Shown in pieces: positions 17,878 to 27,948 of a stretch of DNA of 28,071 nucleotides. The notes under the pieces are model-generated. The model saw only the letters and a program-made list of their open reading frames with translations. It was not told where the DNA came from and did not search any database. Within the stretch, counting starts at the first letter, position 1. Each line of letters opens with the position of its first letter. A program made the position numbers and the translations under genes. Source of the stretch: a bacterium (GTDB lineage: Bacteria > Hydrothermota > Tepidihabitantia > Tepidihabitantales > Tepidihabitantaceae); NCBI GenBank assembly GCA_046485285.1, contig JAWOHE010000044.1:1-28071 (forward strand), given 5' to 3'.

Positions 17878-19128
17878 CTAGAGCCCGTACTTCTCGATTA
17901 TCTGTTCCTTGGTCTTGCCGAGGATGTCGTACTTCCGGCCGACCTTCTTGAAGGCCTCGATCGCCTTGTCGATGTGCTCCTTGTCGTGCGCGGCCGAGAG
18001 TTGGACCCGGATCCGGGCCAGGCCCTTGCCGACGACCGGGTAGAAGAACCCGATGACGTAGATGCCCTCGGCGTACATGTCGCGCGCGAAGTCCTGCGCC
18101 AGCTTGGCGTTGTAGAGCATTATCGGCACGATCGGGTGCACGCCCGGCCTGATGTCGAACCCGGCGTCGGTCATCGACTTGCGGAAGTAGTTGGTGTTCC
18201 ACTCCAGCTTGTCCCGGCGCTCGGTCGTCCGCGACAAGAGGTCGACGATCGTGATCGCCGAGGCGGCAATCACCGGCGGCAGCGAGTTCGAGAACAGGTA
18301 CGGCCGCGAGCGCTGGCGTAGGATCCCGACGATTTCCTTCCGCGCCGCGGTGAACCCGCCGGACGCCCCGCCGAGCGCCTTGCCCATCGTCGAGGTGATT
18401 ATGTCGACCCGGCCCATCACGTCGCAGTGCTCGTGGGTACCCTTGCCGTGCTTGCCCATGAACCCGGTCGAGTGGCTGTCGTCGACCATCACCAGGCAGT
18501 CGTACTTCTCGCAGAGACTGCAGATTTCCTTGAGCGGCGCGACGTCGCCGTCCATCGAGAACGCGCCGTCGGTCGCGAACACCCGGAACCGGGCCTTCTG
18601 CACCTCGTCGCTCTTGAGCTTCTCCTCGAGGTCGGCGAGGTCCATGTGCTTGATGATGTACCGCTGCGCCTTCGAGAGCCGGATGCCGTCGATGACCGAG
18701 GCGTGGTTCAGCGCGTCGGTTAGGATCGCGTCCTCCTCCTTGAACAGCACCTCGAACAGCCCGCCGTTCGCGTCGAAGCAGGACGAGTAGAGAATCGCGT
18801 CGTCCAGACCGAGGAAGTCGGCGATCTTGCGCTCGAGCTGGCGGTGGATGTCCTGGGTGCCGCAGATGAAGCGGACGCTGGACAACCCGTAGCCCCACTC
18901 ATCCAGTGCCTTGTGCGCCGACTTGATGGTATCCGGGTGGCTCGACAGCCCCAGGTAGTTGTTGGCGCAGAAGTTCAGCACCTCCTGCTGGGGCGCGCCG
19001 GCCGGGAACTCGACCCGGATTCCCGCGCCCTGCGGCCCGTAAATGAACCGCTCTTCCTTATAGAGCCCTGCCTCCCGCACGCCCTTGAGCTCGGTCTGCA
19101 GGAACTCCTTCATCTTGCCGTAGGCCAT
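17878..19128 (-). CDS. kbl: Glycine C-acetyltransferase (2-amino-3-ketobutyrate CoA ligase)
   Basis: [39 protein letters not shown] lysine in [30 protein letters not shown]. Confidence 0.95.
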   Translation of the reverse strand: MAYGKMKEFLQTELKGVREAGLYKEERFIYGPQGAGIRVEFPAGAPQQEVLNFCANNYLGLSSHPDTIKSAHKALDEWGYGLSSVRFICGTQDIHRQLERKIADFLGLDDAILYSSCFDANGGLFEVLFKEEDAILTDALNHASVIDGIRLSKAQRYIIKHMDLADLEEKLKSDEVQKARFRVFATDGAFSMDGDVAPLKEICSLCEKYDCLVMVDDSHSTGFMGKHGKGTHEHCDVMGRVDIITSTMGKALGGASGGFTAARKEIVGILRQRSRPYLFSNSLPPVIAASAITIVDLLSRTTERRDKLEWNTNYFRKSMTDAGFDIRPGVHPIVPIMLYNAKLAQDFARDMYAEGIYVIGFFYPVVGKGLARIRVQLSAAHDKEHIDKAIEAFKKVGRKYDILGKTKEQIIEKYGL

Positions 19129-19150
19129 TCGTCCTCCTTGTGGAGACTGG

Positions 19151-19822
19151 TCACTCCTGTCGGTCTGATTCGTCCGTCATTTGCCGAATTATCCTCACGC
19201 CCGAGCTCGTGCCGAGCCGGGTCGCGCCGGCCTCGACCATCCGCCTCGCGGCCGCCAGGTCGCGGATGCCGCCCGACGCCTTGACCCCGATTCTCCCCGC
19301 TGCCGCCCGGGCCAGCAGCGCCACGTCCTCGGCCGTCGCCCCGCCGGTCGAGAACCCGGTCGAAGTCTTCACGTAACTGCCGCCCCCGGCGACGACCAGC
19401 TCGGTCGCCCGGGCCTTCTCCCCACCGTCGAGCAGGCAGGTCTCGATGATCACCTTCACCGGCCGGCCGCCCGCGGCGCTGACCACCCGGCTGATGTCCG
19501 AGACGACCATCTCGTCCGCGCCGGCCTTGAACCAGCCGAGGTTCATCACCATGTCAATCTCGTCCGCCCCCAGGCTGACCGCGCTCGCCGCCTCGGCCGC
19601 CTTGGCCTCGCGCAGCGCCGCGCCGAGCGGGAACCCCACGACCGCGCAGACCCCGACCGGGTTTCCGGCCAGCCGCCTCCGGCACAGCGGGACGTGGCAG
19701 GAGTTCACGCACACCGTCGCGAACCCGAACTCCCGCGCCTCATCGCAGAGCCGCTCGACCTGCTCCGGCGTCGCGTCGGGCTTGAGCAGGGTATGGTCAA
19801 TGCGCCGGGCCAGTTCTCTCAA
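19151..19822 (-). CDS. deoC: Deoxyribose-phosphate aldolase
   Basis: [40 protein letters not shown] and RLGTSSG. Confidence 0.97.
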   Translation of the reverse strand: MRELARRIDHTLLKPDATPEQVERLCDEAREFGFATVCVNSCHVPLCRRRLAGNPVGVCAVVGFPLGAALREAKAAEAASAVSLGADEIDMVMNLGWFKAGADEMVVSDISRVVSAAGGRPVKVIIETCLLDGGEKARATELVVAGGGSYVKTSTGFSTGGATAEDVALLARAAAGRIGVKASGGIRDLAAARRMVEAGATRLGTSSGVRIIRQMTDESDRQE

Positions 19823-19852
19823 GGCGTATGCTCGCGGCTGGTTCCGGCCGCA

Positions 19853-19880
19853 ATTGTAGACGCCCCGGCCAGCCTGTCAA
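19853..19880 (-). promoter_or_regulatory. Sigma70 promoter for deoC-kbl
   Basis: TTGACA-N16-TACAAT on the minus strand. Confidence 0.7.
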
Positions 19881-19960
19881 GGCGGCCGGGCGGTGGCTCT
19901 CGACTCAGGGACCTGCCGCTGTCCGCGGCCGTCAGTCCGCTGGCCGCTGACCGGCCGGGG

Positions 19961-20740
19961 TCAGGCTGGCCGGTCCGGGTCGAAGACCTGGCAGGCCTCG
20001 CCGCTCGAGTCTCCCGGGCTCCAGGGCTGGCACTTGCCACTGTCGGTCCCGTCCGCCGGCCCCTCGAGCCGGAGCAGGATGATTGGCGTCATCGCATCGC
20101 CCTGGCCGGCCGGGTTGTCGGCCAGCGCCGCCTCGACCAGCTCCCGGTCGAGCCCGTCCGACGCGCCGACGACCTTGCAGCCGAAGATGTCGTTGGCGTC
20201 GACGATCGCCGTCTCGCAGCCGGTCTGCTCCTTGAGCCTGCGGGCGACGCCGTCCGGATCGAGCGGCCCCTTGATGACGCAGTCGTAGAACTCGCGGACG
20301 CCCGAGGTGTGGGCAGCGTCAATCATCGCCGCCTGCGGCCCGGCCACCCGGTAGAAGTCGCCGCTCCGGCCCCGCAGCCTGCCCCAGGCCCCGGCCAGCG
20401 CGGCCCTGAGTATCCGGGGCGCGCCGACCTCCTCGATCGCACACTGCATCGACCACGGGCTCCGGAGCCCGATGCCGTAGGGCACCTTCTTCACGAACCG
20501 CCACAGCACCCGGGCCCAGAACCCGGGCCGGATCTTCGCGACGGGAATCGCCCGGCCCTGCATCACCGCGACCGGGCTCTCGGCGAAGGTCAGGATGTCG
20601 CCCGGCTCCAGCGCGGGCCGGGCCGCGCGCTCGACGACCGACTCGATCCGGTCGCTAACGGCGATGAGCCCGGTGCGGATCGGCAGCCGCCGCACCCGCA
20701 TCCCGCGGGCGCTGACCGTCGCCGGCTTCTCGCGCGCCAC
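19961..20740 (-). CDS. Coenzyme F420-0:L-glutamate ligase-like (CofE-family) protein
   Basis: PIRT, GDIL.FAESPVAVMQGR, GDFYRVAG..A.ID, AIVDAND and DNPAGQGDAMTP. GTG 20740 chosen from promoter position (alternative ATG 20701). Confidence 0.75.
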   Translation of the reverse strand: MAREKPATVSARGMRVRRLPIRTGLIAVSDRIESVVERAARPALEPGDILTFAESPVAVMQGRAIPVAKIRPGFWARVLWRFVKKVPYGIGLRSPWSMQCAIEEVGAPRILRAALAGAWGRLRGRSGDFYRVAGPQAAMIDAAHTSGVREFYDCVIKGPLDPDGVARRLKEQTGCETAIVDANDIFGCKVVGASDGLDRELVEAALADNPAGQGDAMTPIILLRLEGPADGTDSGKCQPWSPGDSSGEACQVFDPDRPA

Positions 20741-20745
20741 GGGAG

Positions 20746-20804
20746 AATCTACCCGTCGCGGTCGGGAAATCAACTCTTGCCGAGTCCCGGCCCGGACCTA
20801 TACT
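20746..20804. promoter_or_regulatory. Back-to-back divergent promoters for the cofE-like gene and murJ
   Basis: Minus strand: TTGATT-N16-TAGATT, 5 nt before GTG 20740. Plus strand: TTGCCG-N16-TATACT, 6 nt before GTG 20811. Confidence 0.6.
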
Positions 20805-20810
20805 CGCCGG

Positions 20811-22439
20811 GTGACGACCTCGCCCGCCGACAGGAACGCCGACGCCCGCTTCACCCGCCGGGTCGGGCTCGTGACCGCGGGCACGATGATCTCGCGCCTG
20901 CTCGGGCTCGCCCGGGAGTCGGTCTTCGCCTGGCTGTTCGGCGCCGGCCTCGCCGCCGACGCCTTCAACGTCGCGTTCCGGATTCCAAACTTCCTGCGCG
21001 ACCTCTTCGCCGAGAGCGCCCTCTCGGCCGCGTTCGTGCCCGCGTTCGTCCGGAGCCTGCGCCGGGACGGGCCGGACCAGGCCTGGCGCTTCGCCGCGGC
21101 GATGCTCAACGTCCTGACCCTCGCCATCGGGCTCCTCGTCATCGCCGGGCTGGCCGCGACGCCCGGGCTGGTCCGGCTCGTTGCCCTCGGCTTCGCCGGC
21201 CAGCCGGAGAAGCTCGCGCTGACGGTCCAGCTCACCCGGGTGATGCTGCCGTTCCTGCTTCTCGTCGCCTGGGCGGCCTGGGCGATGGGGATACTGAACG
21301 CCTGCGGCACCTTCTTCGTCCCCGCGGTCGCGCCCGGCGCGTTCAACATCGTCTCGATCGCCGTCCCGCTCGCGACCTTCGGCTGGCTGCGCGGCATCGG
21401 CGTCGACCCGATTGCCGGGATGGCCTGGGGCGTGACGCTCGGCGCGCTCGTCCAGTTCGCGGTCCAGCTCCCGGGCCTGCGCCGCCACGGCTTCCGCTGG
21501 CAGCCGGTCCTCGCCCTTGCGCGCCCGGAGCTCCGGCGCGTCCTGGCCCGCTGGCTGCCGGTCGTGCTCGGCTTCGCCTCCTGGCAGGTGTCGGCGCTCG
21601 TCAACACCTTCCTGCTCACCTTCCTGCCCGAGGGCTCGGTGACCTGGGTCAACTACGCCTACCGGATTCAGCACCTCCCGGCCGGGCTCTTCGGTGTCGC
21701 CATCAGCTCGGTCGCGCTCGCCGAGTACTCGCACGAGGCGGCCGGCGAGGCCGGCGCGGCGATACGCGCCCGGTTCCGCCACGCGATGGGCCTGGTCGCC
21801 GCGCTGACCATCCCGGCCGCCCTCTTGATGCTGGTGCTCGCCGACCCGGTCGTGCGGCTGGTCTACCAGCACGGCCGGTTCACCGCGCTCGACGGCCGCA
21901 ACGTCGCCCAGGCGCTCGCGCTCTACTGCCTCGGCATCTGGGCCGCGGCCGCCGCCCGCAACTGCGCGGCGGGCTTCTACTCGCTCGGCAACACCCGCAC
22001 GCCGGCGGTCGTCGCGGCCCTGGCCGTGTCGCTCAACATCGCGCTCAACCTGCTACTGATGCGCCGGCTCGGCTTCCTCTCGTTCCCGCTCGCGACCTCG
22101 CTCGCCCAGTTCTGCTACCTCGCGGCGCTCTTCGCGCTCCTGCGCCGCCGCCTCGGCGGCCTCGACGGGCGGGCGCTCATCGCGCTGACGCTGAAAGTCA
22201 CCGCGGCCGCGGCCGGGGCGGCCGCGCTCGCCTTCGGCCTCGCCCGGGCCTGGTCGCTGGTCCCGGGCTCCGGCCTGCTCTGGCACCGGCTCGGCCACCC
22301 GCTTCTGCCCGCGGCCCTCGGCATCGCCGGCTACTACCTCCTGTCCCGCCTGCTCGGAATTGGCGAGGTCCGCGCCGCCTTCAGCCAGCTCTTCGCGCGG
22401 AAACGCGAAATCCCGGGCGCCGGGATGGCGTCTAAATAG
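20811..22439 (+). CDS. murJ: Lipid II flippase MurJ (MviN)
   Basis: SRLLGLARE..FGAG..ADAFNVAFRIPNFLRDLFAE.ALSAAFVP; YAYRIQHLP.GLFGVAI; GRFT; FYSLGNTRTP; many TM helices. Confidence 0.95.
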   Translation: MTTSPADRNADARFTRRVGLVTAGTMISRLLGLARESVFAWLFGAGLAADAFNVAFRIPNFLRDLFAESALSAAFVPAFVRSLRRDGPDQAWRFAAAMLNVLTLAIGLLVIAGLAATPGLVRLVALGFAGQPEKLALTVQLTRVMLPFLLLVAWAAWAMGILNACGTFFVPAVAPGAFNIVSIAVPLATFGWLRGIGVDPIAGMAWGVTLGALVQFAVQLPGLRRHGFRWQPVLALARPELRRVLARWLPVVLGFASWQVSALVNTFLLTFLPEGSVTWVNYAYRIQHLPAGLFGVAISSVALAEYSHEAAGEAGAAIRARFRHAMGLVAALTIPAALLMLVLADPVVRLVYQHGRFTALDGRNVAQALALYCLGIWAAAAARNCAAGFYSLGNTRTPAVVAALAVSLNIALNLLLMRRLGFLSFPLATSLAQFCYLAALFALLRRRLGGLDGRALIALTLKVTAAAAGAAALAFGLARAWSLVPGSGLLWHRLGHPLLPAALGIAGYYLLSRLLGIGEVRAAFSQLFARKREIPGAGMASK

Positions 22440-22446
22440 TTGAAAT

Positions 22447-23409
22447 ATGGCGATGACTGCTGAAGGCAAGCCCGTTGCCCCGGTGCCGGTGATGATTGCC
22501 GCCTGGCCCGGGCTGGGCAACGTTGGTGTCGGCGCGGTCCATTATCTCCGGAAGCACCTTTGTGGCGAGAACTGCGCCCGCCTCGACATCAGCGGCCAGG
22601 TGTCCCCGGAGGCGCTCGAAGTCAACCAGGGCATCGGTCGGCTCGCCGTCCCCGAACCCCAGCTCCTCTACTCCGTCGCCGAGCCCCCGCTCCTGCTCTT
22701 CGAGGGGTCGGTCCAGCCCGGCGGCGAGGCCGGCATCCGCGTCGCCGGCGAACTGCTCGACCTCGCCCGCGCGCGCGGGGTCAGGACGGTCTACACCGGC
22801 GCCGCCTTCGCCACGCCGACGAGCGCCCACGACGAGGTCCGCGTCTACGGGGTCGCGACCGACGACCACCTTCGCGCCGGCTTCGGCGCGCTCGGCGTCG
22901 AGCCGCTCGGCGAGGGCCGCATCTCCGGGCTCAACGGGCTCATCCTCGGCCTCGCCGCCGAATGCGGCCTCTCCGGTGCCTGCTTCCTCGCGACGATGCC
23001 CCAGTACGCCGTCCAGGCCCCGAACCCCAAGGCTTCCCGCGCGCTCGTCCGCGTCTTCGAGCGCATCCTCAACACGACGGTCGACTCCTCGGCGATCGAC
23101 CGCGAGGTCGAGGAAGTCGAGCGGCTGCTTGGCGAGTTCGAGAACCGGGTCAACGCCGCTATCAGGAACATCCGGCTCGAGGCCGCCGGCGAGCGGCCCG
23201 GCGCCGAACCCGGCAGCGACGACGACGAGAAGCCCGGGCCGGAACCGCACGAGGTCATCGGGCGCGTCGAGGAGATGTTCGAGGAGGCCGAGAAGGACCG
23301 CAGCAAGGCCGCCCGGCTCAAGGAAGCGCTCGACGCGTGGGGACTCTTCCCGCTCTACGAGGACCGCTTCCTCGACCTCTTCACGCCCCCGCGCCCGCCG
23401 ACCGACTGA
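22447..23409 (+). CDS. PAC2 (proteasome assembly chaperone-like) family protein
   Basis: AAWPGLGNVG, EGSVQP, VYTGAA, ISGLNGLILGLA and PNPKAS; C-terminal YEDRFLDLF. Confidence 0.85.
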   Translation: MAMTAEGKPVAPVPVMIAAWPGLGNVGVGAVHYLRKHLCGENCARLDISGQVSPEALEVNQGIGRLAVPEPQLLYSVAEPPLLLFEGSVQPGGEAGIRVAGELLDLARARGVRTVYTGAAFATPTSAHDEVRVYGVATDDHLRAGFGALGVEPLGEGRISGLNGLILGLAAECGLSGACFLATMPQYAVQAPNPKASRALVRVFERILNTTVDSSAIDREVEEVERLLGEFENRVNAAIRNIRLEAAGERPGAEPGSDDDEKPGPEPHEVIGRVEEMFEEAEKDRSKAARLKEALDAWGLFPLYEDRFLDLFTPPRPPTD

Positions 23410-23415
23410 CGCCGG

Positions 23416-24180
23416 TCAGTCCCCCGGCTCGAAGCCACGGAACGCCGCCCTGAGCCGTGCGATGTCACGGTGGTGGGTCATGTCGAGCTGGAGCGGCGTC
23501 ACGGAGATGAAGCCAGCGTAGACCGCCTCGAAGTCCGACCCCTCGGTCTTCGCGAACGAACTCTCGCCGTCGATCGTGTAGGAAGCGCCGCCGGGCAGGT
23601 GCGCCCGCACCGCCATGTCCCGGTAAATCCGGTGGCCCAGGCTCGTCACCCGCACCCCGCGCGCGCCGTCGCCGGCCGGGATATTGACGTTGAGCAGGGT
23701 CTTTGGCGGCAGCAGCCCGGATGAGAGCATCGGCACCAGCCGGCGCAGGAACGCGACCGCCGCGGACCGGTTGCGGCCCGCCTCGAGGTACGACACCGCG
23801 ACCGACGGCATCCCCAGCATCGCGCCCTCGATTGCCGCCGCGACGGTCCCCGAATAGAGCACGTCGTCGCCGAGATTCGGGCTGTCGTTGATGCCGGAAA
23901 GAACGAGGTCCACCTGACTGCGGAAGATGCCGTAGTGGGCGATGAGCAGGCAGTCGGTCGGCGTGCCCCGGACTGCGTACCACCGCGGCCGCAGCCTCCT
24001 CACCTCGATCGGCTTCCGCAGGCTGAACGAGTGGCTCGAAGCGGACTGGTTCACCGCCGGCGCGACGACGCGGATCCGGCCCAGCCCGCGCAGCGCGTCG
24101 TGGAGGTCGCGCAGTCCCGGCGCCTCGATGCCGTCGTCGTTCGACAGCACAATAAGCGGGCGGCGCTTCGCTCCGGGCAT
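23416..24180 (-). CDS. surE: 5'/3'-nucleotidase SurE
   Basis: SNDDGI.APG, VVAP..NQSASSHS, GTPTDC, SGIN..NLG.DVLYSGTVAAAIEG, LNVNIP and ISVTPL. Confidence 0.97.
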   Translation of the reverse strand: MPGAKRRPLIVLSNDDGIEAPGLRDLHDALRGLGRIRVVAPAVNQSASSHSFSLRKPIEVRRLRPRWYAVRGTPTDCLLIAHYGIFRSQVDLVLSGINDSPNLGDDVLYSGTVAAAIEGAMLGMPSVAVSYLEAGRNRSAAVAFLRRLVPMLSSGLLPPKTLLNVNIPAGDGARGVRVTSLGHRIYRDMAVRAHLPGGASYTIDGESSFAKTEGSDFEAVYAGFISVTPLQLDMTHHRDIARLRAAFRGFEPGD

Positions 24181-24225
24181 CGCAGACTTATACCGTCGGA
24201 TGCCGGGCTGTCAAATCGGCCGCGC
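24055..24225. repeat. Direct repeat copy 1: surE 5' region plus promoter
   Basis: 24055-24146 is identical (92 bp) to 27823-27914. It then stays colinear but diverged through the start codon and promoter. Confidence 0.95.
24187..24214 (-). promoter_or_regulatory. Promoter of intact surE (apparently leaderless)
   Basis: TTGACA-N16-TATAAG, 6 nt before ATG. Both boxes and the spacing are conserved in the second copy. Confidence 0.7.
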
Positions 24226-24318
24226 CCGCCGCGCCCGGCCCGGCCGCCGGGGGGCAGACCGCAGACCGTGCTGAAGCGCGGGCTGGCAACGGTGTTGTGG
24301 CGCAGGGGCTCCGGCAGC

Positions 24319-24346
24319 TTGACACCAGTGGCGGGCGGACTAGAAT
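24319..24346 (+). promoter_or_regulatory. Sigma70 promoter of the island operon
   Basis: TTGACA-N16-TAGAAT, with an AAAGGAGG RBS before ATG 24454. Confidence 0.75.
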
Positions 24347-24453
24347 CAGCCGAGCGTCGGGAGGGGCGGTTCGGCATGCGAGGCCTCGGCCGACAAGAGC
24401 CGGCCGGCAGGCCTCACGTTAGCGAGCTGCCCGAAGTCAACAAAGGAGGCAAC

Positions 24454-26164
24454 ATGAGATGCCATTCGACGCTCTGCGTCTTGGCTACGGTCGCCCTCGC
24501 CGCCTCGATGGCATTGGCCGTGCAGTGGCGGCTGCCGACGTGCGTCACTGAGGACGAGCCACAATGCGGCGACTTCCGCGCGCCGATGAACAACGCCTGG
24601 GGGGGGGCAGTCGTATGACGACCCCCAATGGGTCCACGTAATCTACTCGTACTATCCCACAGCGGGCCCGAACCAGTGCAAGGAGGTCAGGTATGCCCAG
24701 TCGCGGAGCGGAGGACAGGAGTTCCCGATGGAATACCGTCGGACCCTCTCCGACCCGGACGACGAGGACGATGCCTGGACCCCTTCAATTGCGGTCTACG
24801 GGGCAGGCGGAGACAACTACAACGTCATCACGAACTACTTCGATGTGGACACGGACGACGATGAGTACGAGCAGTATTCCATCTTCCAGCGCCGGTCACG
24901 TGACCGCGGCATCAACTGGCTCCCCCGCATCCGGCTCACAGAAGGGAGTGATGAGCTTGACTGCGCCTGGCCATCGCTGGCGGTGAGTCCGCACCCCGGA
25001 CAGCCGGCCGGCGAGTTCCGGGAACACCACCTCTACTGCGAAGAAGACGACTGCACCAACATGCAGGTTACATACCAGCGTATAGACCGCGACATGGACG
25101 AAGCCAGCCCGGACGCGGAGTTCATCACGAGAGCCCTCACTGAGGGTCCGCCTGACCGCGGCAATCCATGCGTGGCGTCGCAGAACGGAGCACTGGTCTG
25201 TGCAGTCTGGTCCGATGACTCGGCCCGCGCTGCGGACGACATCTGGCTGCGCCGCTCCACGAACCAAGGCACGACCTGGCTTGATAAGGTCAACCTCTCC
25301 AACACGCCCAACTACGAGTCACAGGCTCCTTGCATCACCATCGCCGGCAGCGCAGTGTTGGTGGCCTGGCAGGAAGAGAACCCGGCCGACAACCGGTTCC
25401 GGATTCAGTTCAGGCGCAGCGACGACTACGGCGAGTCCTGGTCGGACCCGGTATGCCTGACTGCCGACCTGCCCAGCGGACTCCTCCACAATCAGCCGCC
25501 CGAGTGCTTCACGCCTTCTCTGGCGACGTATAACAACCAGTATGCCTATCTCGTGTTTCAGGCAGGCTGGGACTCGCCGACGCCCGGCTACGGCATCATG
25601 TTCATGATGTCGCCTAACCTCGGCAACCAGTTCTGGCTTCCGGCCTGTGGAATCGGCGGCTGGACTGACGACGAACCGGACCTCGACGACGGAGACGAAG
25701 GCCTGTTCCCGACCATCAGCGTCGCCCAGGGGTCAAGCCCCCTGTACCCGGAGTATCTGAACGTCGTGTATTCCGGGAAACCCTCACCGGTCAGCAACTA
25801 TCAGGTCTACTACCTGCGCGGCACCGAGATCACCAGCACGACTCCGCCGGATGGCGGCCAGAGCACAGCCCGGCTCGGGCTGCCGTCAGGCGCAGGTCTC
25901 AGAGTGTGGCCGAATCCCGCCGAATCCGACATCCGTGCGGAAGTCGAGCTTGTTCGGCCGGGCAAGGTTGAGCTTGCGCTCTACGACGCCCAGGGCCGGC
26001 AGGTGCGGGAGTTGGCTGCGGACAGGGTCGGCGCCGGCCGGCATGGCTTCCGGTTTGACCTGACCGGCCGGGCCGGACAGCGACTGAGCGCCGGCACCTA
26101 CATGCTCGTGCTGCGGACCGCGGACGGAGCCGAGACCCGGCGCTTGCAGGTTGTCAGGAGGTAA
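24454..26164 (+). pseudogene. Secreted acidic BNR/Asp-box (sialidase-like propeller) protein with PDGGQS linker and sorting domain; frameshifted at a G9 tract (569 aa with G8)
   Basis: Signal peptide MRCHSTLCVLATVALAASMALA. Removing one G joins NNAW to GGQSYDDPQWVHVIY..FPMEYRR (the 24728 frame). Asp boxes RSRDRGINW, RSTNQGTTW and RSDDYGESW; C-terminal WPNP..LYDAQGRQV..GTYML. Confidence 0.85.
24599..24607 (+). repeat. G9 homopolymer at the frameshift site
   Basis: gcct-GGGGGGGGG-cagtcg. Confidence 0.9.
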
Positions 26165-26167
26165 CAC

Positions 26168-27817
26168 ATGAACCGCGCCCTTCCCGACGCTCGGTTCGGT
26201 GTCGTCTTTCTGGCGGCGCAGATGGCGCTGTGGTTGCTGGCTCCGGCAGGTGACAGGTTGCTGGCGTTTGAGCCGCTCTGGGCAAGCCGTCTGGTTGATG
26301 AAGGTGCGGGCGGCGTCGCCGCCGTTGCGGTAGACGGGTTTGGCAACACCTACATCACCGGCGGCAGACCGTGGACAGGGGCGTCCAATGCCACCGCCAT
26401 GTATGACCGAGACGGACATCTGGTCTGGGCCGCGCCGTGTACGCTCCCGGACCTTGAGTGGGTGGCCATTGGACTTGACTTGCCTGGCAATGTGTATGTG
26501 ACCGGAACCTCGTACGGCTCGGTCCAGCACATGCAGGTCTGCGACTACGTAGTGGCCAAGTACCGCCCCACCGGGGAGCAGGTCTGGACAGCCCGGTACA
26601 GCCACTGCCCCGACACCTTCCTCAGCTGGGATGGGGCCATGGCCGGCTGCGTTGATGCCGCCGGCAACGTACACGTGACCGGCCGGAGTTACGACACTGA
26701 GACAAGCTGGGACTGCGCCACGGTCAAGTTCGACTCCTCCGGGACTCTGCTGTGGTCAGCGCGGTGGGACGACGGGCTCAACAGGTCTGACGCGGGGAAC
26801 GCGATTACCACGGACCAGCAGGGAAACGTCTATGTGGCCGGCATTGCCAGAGGGACGTATTTCCTTCTCATCAAGTATTCCCCGGACGGTGACCTGCGCT
26901 GGGCTGTGGTGGACTTCGACTCCGACTCCATCTACGGGGACCTGATAGCCGTGGCTGTTGACAGGGCGGGCCATGTCTACGGCTTCGGCTCCGGCGGCCG
27001 CTACGAGCAGGGGCATTCGGACTACTACCTGGCCAAGTTCGACAGCACCGGCCGCAAGCTGTGGCATGCACTCTACGACTGTTACTGGGACGACGCCGGC
27101 TATGCGATGGTCCTGGATGACTCGGCCGGAATCTACGTCACCGGCCTGAGCGACGGCCCGGGCACCGGCTGGGACATCTGCACGGTCAAGTGGGACTCAG
27201 CCGGGAACCGGCGCTGGGTGGCCCGGTATGACCACGCCCGCTGGGGCGACATCGGCGAGGACCTCGCGACCGACGGCAAGTACGTGTACACGGTCGGGAG
27301 GTGCTCGGACCTGGATTCCATCACCTGGACGACAAGCATGTGCTTTGTCACGTGCGATGCCGTCACGGGCGCCATTCTCTGGGCCGCCCCATACCTCTAT
27401 CCCGGCGCTGCGAACGGCGGCGCCACCGCGGTCGCCATCGGGCCGGACGGCAACGTCCACGCGGCCGGTAGCTGCTACGACTCCACCACAGCGGACTATG
27501 TGACCCTGAAATACACACCGTCCGGCACCGGGGTCGTCTCCGAGCCGGGCGAGAGGCGAGAAACCGGGTTTGGCGTCACGCCCAGCCTGTTCAGGGGCGG
27601 GACGAGCATCAGGTATCAAGCACTCCGGCCAGGCCGGGTGCGGATTGCCGTGCTGGACGTGGCCGGAAGGACGGTTACCACGCTCCTCGACGCGGACGTG
27701 CCGAAGGGAAAGGGCGAGGTGACGTGGCAGGCGCGGGACCTTGCCGGCGGGGTCTACTTCGTCAGGCTTGAGAGTTCGGACGGCAGCTTCGGCGAACGGG
27801 TCCTGCTTGTGCGCTAG
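26168..27817 (+). CDS. Secreted SBBP-repeat beta-propeller protein with C-terminal sorting domain
   Basis: Repeats VD..GNVYVTG.S....D....KY...G...W.ARY; C-terminal [28 protein letters not shown] inside the upstream gene end. Confidence 0.9.
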   Translation: MNRALPDARFGVVFLAAQMALWLLAPAGDRLLAFEPLWASRLVDEGAGGVAAVAVDGFGNTYITGGRPWTGASNATAMYDRDGHLVWAAPCTLPDLEWVAIGLDLPGNVYVTGTSYGSVQHMQVCDYVVAKYRPTGEQVWTARYSHCPDTFLSWDGAMAGCVDAAGNVHVTGRSYDTETSWDCATVKFDSSGTLLWSARWDDGLNRSDAGNAITTDQQGNVYVAGIARGTYFLLIKYSPDGDLRWAVVDFDSDSIYGDLIAVAVDRAGHVYGFGSGGRYEQGHSDYYLAKFDSTGRKLWHALYDCYWDDAGYAMVLDDSAGIYVTGLSDGPGTGWDICTVKWDSAGNRRWVARYDHARWGDIGEDLATDGKYVYTVGRCSDLDSITWTTSMCFVTCDAVTGAILWAAPYLYPGAANGGATAVAIGPDGNVHAAGSCYDSTTADYVTLKYTPSGTGVVSEPGERRETGFGVTPSLFRGGTSIRYQALRPGRVRIAVLDVAGRTVTTLLDADVPKGKGEVTWQARDLAGGVYFVRLESSDGSFGERVLLVR

Positions 27818-27948
27818 GCCGTCGCCGGCGCGACGACGCGGATCCGGCCCAGCCCGCGCAGCGCGTCGTGGAGGTCGCGCAGTCCCGGCGCCTCGATGCC
27901 GTCGTCGTTCGACACGACGACCAGCGGCCGGCGCTTGGCTGAGGGCAT
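27814..27948 (-). pseudogene. surE: Truncated second copy of the surE 5' end (44 aa)
   Basis: Translates [44 protein letters not shown]. Its stop overlaps the SBBP gene stop (CTAG). Confidence 0.9.

Larger units (their letters stand above)
24147..27822. mobile_element. Integrase-less two-gene island flanked by a duplicated surE 5' end
   Basis: Direct repeats 3768 bp apart, enclosed genes with less GC-biased codons, and no recombinase inside. Confidence 0.6.

Noticed and set aside
19890-20060. REP-like AGACCTGGCAGG segment and GC hairpins at the end of the cofE-like gene
   Set aside because: No second copy or clear inverted partner in the window.
19181-22435. 1084-aa plus-strand ORF
   Set aside because: Arg/Pro/Ala-rich off-frame product overlapping deoC, the cofE-like gene and murJ.
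26168-27520. Repeats suggesting a CRISPR array or DGR template/variable pair
   Set aside because: These are degenerate protein-level SBBP repeats. No cas or reverse transcriptase gene is present, and the surE repeat differences are not adenine-specific.
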